Shown: one piece after another, positions 7,721 to 13,002 of the stretch
How positions within the stretch are numbered: position 1 is the stretch's first letter
How the letters are laid out: every line of letters begins with the position of its first letter
Origin: a virus
Lineage: Duplodnaviria > Heunggongvirae > Uroviricota > Caudoviricetes > Crassvirales
Reading direction: 5' to 3' (one strand)
DNA: 21,922 bases
IMG/VR virus record: IMGVR_UViG_3300012956_000013
Position numbers and translations under genes: made by a program
Notes under the pieces: model-generated
Database searches by the model: none
What the model was told of the DNA's origin: nothing
Seen by the model: only the letters and a program-made list of their open reading frames with translations

Positions 7721-7955
7721 CTACAATGGAAGGGAAAGAACAAAGGCTGTCCGTGCTTGGTGCACAGTAAACGGAAGACCATTCTTCGGTGCATCAAATA
7801 AGGTACTCCGCCTTAGTAAATCCCATACCAAAAAGAGAAGGAAGAGAAATAGTACTGTTTCTGTAAAGGATACCGCTACTCATAGCTCTACCATCTTCCG
7901 TTTTCCGATAAAAACAGTGTCAATAATCAATAACGAGTTGATTATCACCACATAA
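7653..7955 (+). CDS. Basic hypothetical protein, possible DNA-binding (100 aa)
   Basis: Helical N-terminus and Lys/Arg-rich middle; overlaps the previous ORF by 68 nt. Confidence 0.7.
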   Translation: MSKTTINFYSPREERELKKIIANYNGRERTKAVRAWCTVNGRPFFGASNKVLRLSKSHTKKRRKRNSTVSVKDTATHSSTIFRFPIKTVSIINNELIITT

Positions 7956-8051
7956 GCGTAGTTCATAGATGTATAAGTCTCAAAATCACGGAGTTAAGTT
8001 TCTACTCGACTCCCTTTTAACTTAATATGTTTAACTTAAAAGCAATATCAG

Positions 8052-8525
8052 ATGTCAAGTGTTATTAATCGTCAAATAGAGTGGACCCACAAGGATGGAA
8101 GAACTGAGAAATATCCTATTATTGAGGCCACAACTCCGCACCGTTTTGAGGTCGAAAGAGGTGATATAATGAAGGCAAAATCCCTTAATGGATATGAGGA
8201 CCCAAATTGCTGTGTTGCAGCATGTGCTATACGCAGAGAGCACTCTGATGGAATCTTTCAAAGAGATACTGCATATATACTCAGGGTAATTGGAGGTAAA
8301 ATATATGCAGTAAGATACAGGTTTGGTAGCTCACTAAGGAAGGCTATTCATACATTTGATAGTGAGGGTACTTTTCCTGCAGGTGAGTATAAATTGCTGG
8401 TACCCAGTGTATCACAAACATTAGAGGCAAAGACCAGAAGAAAAACAAAAATCCCTTTAACCAAAAGAAAGGTACGTTCCCATGTTAAGTTTACAACAAG
8501 AGGGAAGGTTAAACCTTTATCGTAA
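8052..8525 (+). CDS. Hypothetical phage protein (157 aa)
   Basis: Long ORF; DI..A....DP..C.VA.AI and FD...F..G.Y.L pattern recalled from uncharacterised phage proteins; basic tail. Confidence 0.85.
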   Translation: MSSVINRQIEWTHKDGRTEKYPIIEATTPHRFEVERGDIMKAKSLNGYEDPNCCVAACAIRREHSDGIFQRDTAYILRVIGGKIYAVRYRFGSSLRKAIHTFDSEGTFPAGEYKLLVPSVSQTLEAKTRRKTKIPLTKRKVRSHVKFTTRGKVKPLS

Positions 8526-8540
8526 TATAAAATTTTTAAG

Positions 8541-9074
8541 ATGAGACTATCAAAAAACTCGTGGTACTATAAAGTATACGTTTTCCTAAATGGCACTAAT
8601 GCGTTACCTCCGAAGGATTTGTGTACTTATTTCTGGAAGTATTTAGTATTCCAGAATATATCAGCCATAATATTAATACCTCTATGGCTAATACCACATA
8701 TAACAGTCAAAATATTTCCTAAGCTTATTGGTTTTAGAGAAATCTATAACGACTCAAAAAAGGATGGCATAATGTCTAGTGTTTTACCTCTTTACTTTTT
8801 GTTAGAATTTACCATTTTTTTAGCAATCTCTATTCCATTTGGTATAATAAATATTTTTACAAAGTATGATTCAGTTATGGGAATTCCCGGAATAGCTGTC
8901 CTTATACTTATTATAATAGGTTTTATATTTAACAAGGCTGAGCAATATAAAGAGGAGAGGAAATCTAGGAAACGAGGAAATAAAGTAATAAGAAGACCAA
9001 ATATACTAATATCTTACATAAAATCAGTAAAGAAAAAATATTGTCCCATAATTGAGTGGGAAGAAGAGTGTTAA
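8541..9074 (+). CDS. Membrane protein (177 aa)
   Basis: About three hydrophobic segments; KNSWYYK and P.DLC.YFW motifs. Confidence 0.85.
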   Translation: MRLSKNSWYYKVYVFLNGTNALPPKDLCTYFWKYLVFQNISAIILIPLWLIPHITVKIFPKLIGFREIYNDSKKDGIMSSVLPLYFLLEFTIFLAISIPFGIINIFTKYDSVMGIPGIAVLILIIIGFIFNKAEQYKEERKSRKRGNKVIRRPNILISYIKSVKKKYCPIIEWEEEC

Positions 9075-9319
9075 TAATCATTTCTTTAAAATTTACGGAG
9101 CTGGGTTTCTACCCGGCACCCTTTTAACAGAAACTTTGGAAGAGGAGCTATATCTGAAAGAATGGGATATGCATGTATGGTCCCAATTATCACGCAGTCA
9201 AATCATATCATATTCTTTGATGGAGAGCATGGAATGTGTGAATTTTGGGAACAAAAGACTATTTAACAAATTATTAATTATTTATATAAACATTTTTCTT
9301 AACTTTGAAAAAAAATAAT

Positions 9320-9760
9320 ATGTCAAAGATTAATTTCACACCCGAACATTTGGCAAGATTAAAAGAACTTGCTGTAAAATCCCTGTTTGATGGGGAAACA
9401 TTCCGTGTAACTGGTATAGGAAACGAGGCTAACGTAGGAGACCTCATCCATAATACCTCTTTAAACAGCTTAACAAAGTATCATCAGAATCTAAGAAAAG
9501 AGATTTCTGATATTGAGTCTTTGGATGAGTGGAGTCTGACTGACCACCAGAGAGCAAAAGCCAGCCGTCTGAGAAAAACTCAAGAGCTTATTAACCTGCT
9601 TATTGGGTATAAGCGTTATGAGTCTGAAAAAGAGGCTGAGAAAGAGAAAGTTAAGAAATTGCAGGAAACATACGCAAAATTGAAGGAGGATACTAAAACT
9701 CCCGAAGTGCGTATGAAGGAACTCGAAGCAGAGATTCTTGCTGCTGGAGGAACACTGTAA
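9320..9760 (+). CDS. Helical coiled-coil phage protein (146 aa; start revised to 9320)
   Basis: A-rich leader; TAACTTTG (9300-9307, a -7-like element without a -33 box) upstream; leads into the RNA-module cluster. Confidence 0.85.
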   Translation: MSKINFTPEHLARLKELAVKSLFDGETFRVTGIGNEANVGDLIHNTSLNSLTKYHQNLRKEISDIESLDEWSLTDHQRAKASRLRKTQELINLLIGYKRYESEKEAEKEKVKKLQETYAKLKEDTKTPEVRMKELEAEILAAGGTL

Positions 9761-9768
9761 AAAATATT

Positions 9769-9881
9769 AGCTACTTACAAAACCATTAAATAGTTATAGG
9801 TTCGAATCCTGTATTACGCTCATGCGTGATTAGTTCAATGGTAGAACAATTGCATGTTAAGCAATCAAAAAACAAGTAGCT
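9769..9881 (+). ncRNA. Y-RNA-like module containing a circularly permuted tRNA (Asn-like GTT loop)
   Basis: Closing helix AGCTACTT 9769-9776/AAGTAGCT 9874-9881. T arm ATAGG-TTCGAAT-CCTGT 9796-9812; 7-bp acceptor ATTACGC-TCAT-GCGTGAT 9813-9830; TA; D arm GTTC-AATGGTA-GAAC 9833-9847; anticodon arm ATTGC-ATGTTAA-GCAAT 9849-9865. Confidence 0.85.
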
Positions 9882-9888
9882 TTAAATG

Positions 9889-9928
9889 TTAGAGCATCCT
9901 GTCCTTTTTAGGATAGGGTGCCCTCTAA
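9889..9928 (+). other. Long hairpin between the RNA module and the next CDS (processing or attenuation stem)
   Basis: GCATCCTGTCCT 9894-9905/AGGATAGGGTGC 9910-9921, plus outer TTAGAG/CTCTAA. Confidence 0.5.
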
Positions 9929-9952
9929 TATAAGTTCTTTAAAATACTGGTT

Positions 9953-10660
9953 ATGAAATTGGATAAACAAGAGAGAAGATATAAGGATTTTATTCTCTGT
10001 AGGGATAGGTTTTGGGAAATCCGTGATTATCGTAGAAATATGCCAGCAGTACCTTTGAAGGAACCATATCAAAGAGGATGGATAATTTACCTAGACTTGA
10101 GGGAGGATATCAAAAGAAGAAAAGATTACCCATCTATAAGAAAGGCTTTTGATTTGGCTGCAGTTGAGGCAAGAACAAGAGATGTAAGGATTATAAAGAG
10201 ACTACGCTCTAATAGGTCATACTTACCAATCTGCAGAGATGTAAGTATAAAAAAGCTTGGATTTTACCAATTTCCACAATTATCTAAAATACGTAAATCT
10301 GAGTACGAAAATCTTCTCCCTTCAGAGAGAAAATGGTATGAATTAGCCTCCTTTGAGGAAAAATGGGCATCGTTTCGTGGTAGTTATTACCAGCTTAATA
10401 TACCTCTCTATTGGATAGAGGTAAAAGTTAAGCCTAATATTATTACTCATACTTATGCTCTTAACTCAGCTCTAGAGAAGGAATTAGCAGAGTTAAGAAA
10501 GAAACTTGATATTTACTGGAAAGAATTCGGTCATAACTATTCTACCTCATATCCTGCATATAAGGATAGGACAATTATGAGAGATAAAATTCAGAAGTTT
10601 AAGACAGGAGAAATTGAGGATATAATAATTGAAAAGATTCCTAAGGAATATGACTACTAG
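9953..10660 (+). CDS. Basic, aromatic-rich hypothetical protein (235 aa) within the RNA cluster
   Basis: Long ORF; motif PLKEPYQRGW...LREDI.R. I recall a similar motif from proteins in Bacteroidota RtcB/TROVE neighbourhoods (not verified). Confidence 0.85.
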   Translation: MKLDKQERRYKDFILCRDRFWEIRDYRRNMPAVPLKEPYQRGWIIYLDLREDIKRRKDYPSIRKAFDLAAVEARTRDVRIIKRLRSNRSYLPICRDVSIKKLGFYQFPQLSKIRKSEYENLLPSERKWYELASFEEKWASFRGSYYQLNIPLYWIEVKVKPNIITHTYALNSALEKELAELRKKLDIYWKEFGHNYSTSYPAYKDRTIMRDKIQKFKTGEIEDIIIEKIPKEYDY

Positions 10661-10774
10661 TAAGTAGTAACATGGGGGAGCAAAACAGTAGTATCTACTA
10701 CTTACAATAACTCTAATTGGTAAAAACAAAATCTGAAAATTTGAATATGCTGGTTCGAATCCAGCACTCCCCCC
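10661..10774 (+). ncRNA. tRNA-like scaffold carrying an ACTTACAA hairpin
   Basis: GGGGGAG 10674-10680/CTCCCCC 10767-10773; AGTAGT-ATCT-ACTACT then TACAA; AATTGGTA D-loop-like; CTGAAAA 10733-10739; GCTGG-TTCGAAT-CCAGC 10749-10765. Confidence 0.75.
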
Positions 10775-10778
10775 TATT

Positions 10779-10851
10779 AGAGTAGTGGCAGGTTGCCCGC
10801 AAGGGGGATGATTCTAACGAATCGGCTTATTACGACTCTGGACACTACTCT
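10779..10851 (+). ncRNA. Multibranch RNA domain
   Basis: AGAGTAGTG 10779-10787/CACTACTCT 10843-10851 enclosing CCC-GCAA-GGG and GATTC-TAAC-GAATC hairpins. Confidence 0.6.
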
Positions 10852-10860
10852 TACTTTATT

Positions 10861-11056
10861 AAGAACTCTCTGGCTCTTGTGCATACAGATAGTGGAACTG
10901 TTCAGCAGACCAATTGACCTTGACAGCTATTTACAGATAGCTGGTGTATGTAGAGAGAATACAAACAAAACGATTACAGGATTAGAGTCTATTGTGGCCC
11001 AATATTCCCCTGAAGACTGGTTTAAGTTGTATTGGCTGTAACCCCAGAGAGTTTTT
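10861..11056 (+). ncRNA. Multibranch RNA domain (~195 nt)
   Basis: AAGAACTCTCTGG 10861-10873/CCAGAGAGTTTTT 11044-11056 enclosing CAGCTAT/ATAGCTG, AATACAA/TTGTATT, AGTCT/AGACT and TATTG/CAATA helices. Confidence 0.55.
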
Positions 11057-11065
11057 AAAGCTCTT

Positions 11066-11240
11066 TCTCTATTGTGTGGAGGTAGTACGTTCCGCACTAA
11101 CCTGTAAAAGCTAACAGGCGTGGTCTAAACGGTGTCCGATGTGGTCTTATGCGTCAGTCAAAAAACGTATTTGGCAAGCATAAGGAAGATAGCATTAACG
11201 TATCCGTAAATATATGACGGCCACCAAAGCACAATAGAGA
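11066..11240 (+). ncRNA. Multibranch RNA domain (~175 nt)
   Basis: Perfect 11-bp TCTCTATTGTG 11066-11076/CACAATAGAGA 11230-11240 enclosing CCTGT/ACAGG, GTGGTC/GGCCAC, CTTATGC/GCATAAG and CCGT/ACGG. Confidence 0.6.
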
Positions 11241-11266
11241 TTTTTAAATTAATTTTAAAACTTAAT

Positions 11267-11328
11267 AAGTCACTTACAATTAATTAACCGAGGGTGTAAT
11301 CCCTCTCCTACTTGTAACATAGTGACTT
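11267..11328 (+). ncRNA. Minimal ACTTACAA module
   Basis: AAGTCACT 11267-11274/AGTGACTT 11321-11328; TACAAT; GAGGG-TGTAAT-CCCTC hairpin; TACTTGTAA. Confidence 0.7.
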
Positions 11329-11491
11329 TAATTTATTGGGTCCTTGCTTAGTAGTTTTGGCCTAATAGGAAGAGTGCCCTCAATCCTAAACAAAAGGGGT
11401 AAGGTTGGCTGCCTTGAGCATAAAATAACGAGCATGCGGTTGAAAGCCCGTTGCTCTAGAAAGCCATTATTCATCAACCAATAACCAAAAA

Positions 11492-11872
11492 ATGACATTA
11501 AAAGAAATAAAGGATTTGACTTCCCACATCTCCTTTGCAATATTTGGGAAAACACTTCATATTTCAGTATTAGAAGATAAGAAATATGGAAAAAGACTTT
11601 ATCTTCAGGTTTTCTATCACGCTCCATGTACAAAAACCGGAGAGATAGAAGAATGGAGAGGAGGAAAGCATTATCTGAGTGAACATATGACTGAGGATGA
11701 GATAGTTAAGAGAGCATATGTTGCATGTGAATCTGCTGTTAAACACGAAGTAATGGAAAGTTTTAAATTTGATGGAGTAATTGTCTTTAATCCCCATGTA
11801 AACTTTAGGAAACTCTTAGAAGTTTCACCTCATGAGGTAAGGAGAGAAGTAATTCCAAACTTTGATATATAA
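11492..11872 (+). CDS. Conserved-type phage hypothetical protein (126 aa)
   Basis: GGKHYLSEHMTEDEIVK...KHEVMESF...FNPH resembles a widespread uncharacterised phage family. Confidence 0.85.
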   Translation: MTLKEIKDLTSHISFAIFGKTLHISVLEDKKYGKRLYLQVFYHAPCTKTGEIEEWRGGKHYLSEHMTEDEIVKRAYVACESAVKHEVMESFKFDGVIVFNPHVNFRKLLEVSPHEVRREVIPNFDI

Positions 11873-11884
11873 TAAAAATATATT

Positions 11885-12574
11885 ATGGAACAAACAAAAT
11901 ACGTAGTACCGTTTGACCTTTTCAGAGGTAATATAAAAAAAGGAGATATATATATCTCTTATACCAGACCTCATTATAATAATGAACCAATTGGGATTCC
12001 TTATAATGACTTTGTTAATAAAACAATTGGTTTACATCATCTTCCTATGGAAATAGTCAGTAAATGGGAAACTTTTAGTGAAGCAAAAGCAGGAGATTTT
12101 ATTGTATGGCTTACTGATTTTGATGGAAGTGAAGCAGGACATATTGCAGTAATCATTAATGTTGTGGATTCTTATAAGTATAAAAAGATATATTATATTC
12201 CATATAGCAAAAATGGAAGATGGTTTAATGTTGGTGAAGATGCATATAAACAAGGGATAGATTTCAGACTTGCTAACGATAAAGAGATAGAGAACTTCTG
12301 TAGTATTAGTATTGCCGGATATAGTGTAGTATATTATCCGGAATATATACAAGTTGGCTGTAAGAGTTTTACGTTTGTTGAAATACAAGCTGCATATAGC
12401 CTATCACTATCTGGGATTAGGATTGGTATACCACATGGGACTAATATACCACATGTAGAAGGTTTTATACCTCCTGAAACTATTGAAAAGCTATATTATG
12501 CCTTCTTATACAAAAGAAGCCTGAGTGCTGCTAAGAATGCACCAACTGTCTTTCGGGACATAGCTCAGTGGTAG
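11885..12574 (+). CDS. Hypothetical protein (229 aa); 3' end overlaps a tRNA-like D arm
   Basis: Long ORF; its TAG (12572-12574) lies within TAGCTCAGTGGTAGAGCA. Confidence 0.8.
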   Translation: MEQTKYVVPFDLFRGNIKKGDIYISYTRPHYNNEPIGIPYNDFVNKTIGLHHLPMEIVSKWETFSEAKAGDFIVWLTDFDGSEAGHIAVIINVVDSYKYKKIYYIPYSKNGRWFNVGEDAYKQGIDFRLANDKEIENFCSISIAGYSVVYYPEYIQVGCKSFTFVEIQAAYSLSLSGIRIGIPHGTNIPHVEGFIPPETIEKLYYAFLYKRSLSAAKNAPTVFRDIAQW

Positions 12575-12632
12575 AGCATTAGGATTTAATAAAGTATCCT
12601 CTCTCAATGTGTTCGTGAGAACTATTTGAGAG
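12547..12632 (+). ncRNA. Partial permuted tRNA-like module
   Basis: TGTCT-TTCG-GGACA hairpin 12547-12560; TA; D arm GCTC-AGTGGTA-GAGC 12563-12577; AGGAT/ATCCT 12581-12600; CTCTCAA/TTGAGAG with an inner GTTC-GTGA-GAAC hairpin. Confidence 0.55.
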
Positions 12633-12636
12633 CCGA

Positions 12637-12729
12637 AAGATTATAGTGAAAGGCGATTAATATATCAGTTGTTAGCGTATGAGAGAATACGGTTCTTTAA
12701 CTGGTAACCAAAACACTATAATCTTACAA
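12637..12729 (+). ncRNA. Helix-CTTACAA module
   Basis: Perfect 12-bp AAGATTATAGTG 12637-12648/CACTATAATCTT 12714-12725 followed by ACAA; inner ATCAGTT/AACTGGT and CGTAT/ATACG. Confidence 0.65.
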
Positions 12730-12732
12730 AAT

Positions 12733-12788
12733 AAGCTACTTACAATATATACAAACTTTAAGTTTTGGGTACTATAAGTCAGTAGCTT
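12733..12788 (+). ncRNA. Minimal ACTTACAA module
   Basis: AAGCTACT 12733-12740/AGTAGCTT 12781-12788, nearly the same closing helix as the 9769 module; TACAAT follows the 5' strand. Confidence 0.7.
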
Positions 12789-12791
12789 TTA

Positions 12792-12895
12792 TGGGGAGAT
12801 GGTATAAGTGGCAGTGTCACTTACAATCAATCTTAATAAAACACAATTATTTAGAAATTGAAAGTTTATGGGTGGTTCGATTCCCCCACTCCCCG
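12792..12895 (+). ncRNA. tRNA-like scaffold carrying an ACTTACAA hairpin
   Basis: GGGGAG 12793-12798/CTCCCC 12889-12894; TAAGTGGC-AGT-GTCACTTA then CAA; CAATT-ATTTAGA-AATTG 12844-12860; GGTGG-TTCGATT-CCCCC 12871-12887. Confidence 0.75.
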
Positions 12896-12921
12896 CTGAG
12901 AAAACTATATTTAATAACCTT

Positions 12922-12988
12922 AGGACACTTACAATCAATACCGCTGGTATTCCAGCACCATACTTGTAAAATTGGAGAAAAGTGTCCT
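12922..12988 (+). ncRNA. Minimal ACTTACAA module directly upstream of the TROVE/vWA gene
   Basis: AGGACACTT 12922-12930/AAGTGTCCT 12980-12988; ACAATCAAT; GCTGG-TATT-CCAGC; TACTTGTAA. Ends 14 nt before ATG 13003. Confidence 0.75.
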
Positions 12989-13002
12989 GCAAACTCACTA
13001 TT

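Noticed and set aside
9052-9318. Track ORF of 88 aa
   Set aside because: Poor start context inside the previous gene; contains a GCTGGG/CCCGGC terminator-like hairpin (9100-9117) and other stems. Left unannotated.
9785-9795. Pistol ribozyme motif TAAATAG
   Set aside because: No P1/pseudoknot pairing; the surrounding sequence is explained by the permuted tRNA.
10793-11041. Track ORF of 82 aa
   Set aside because: Non-ATG start and it lies wholly over nested RNA helices; a short peptide cannot be excluded.
12674-12695. Group II intron domain V look-alike (AGCGTAT...ATACGGTTC)
   Set aside because: Too short, lacks the bulge and upper stem, and no domain VI or intron-encoded protein is present.
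9796-12895. Conventional tRNA genes at the GGTTCGA(A/T)TCC and D-arm motifs
   Set aside because: None has all arms in normal order with intact pairing: one is permuted, two lack a D stem and carry insertions, one lacks a T arm. Reported as tRNA-like ncRNAs.
9769-12988. CRISPR array formed by the ACTTACAA repeats
   Set aside because: The shared sequence is only 7-9 nt, spacing is irregular and no cas gene is visible.
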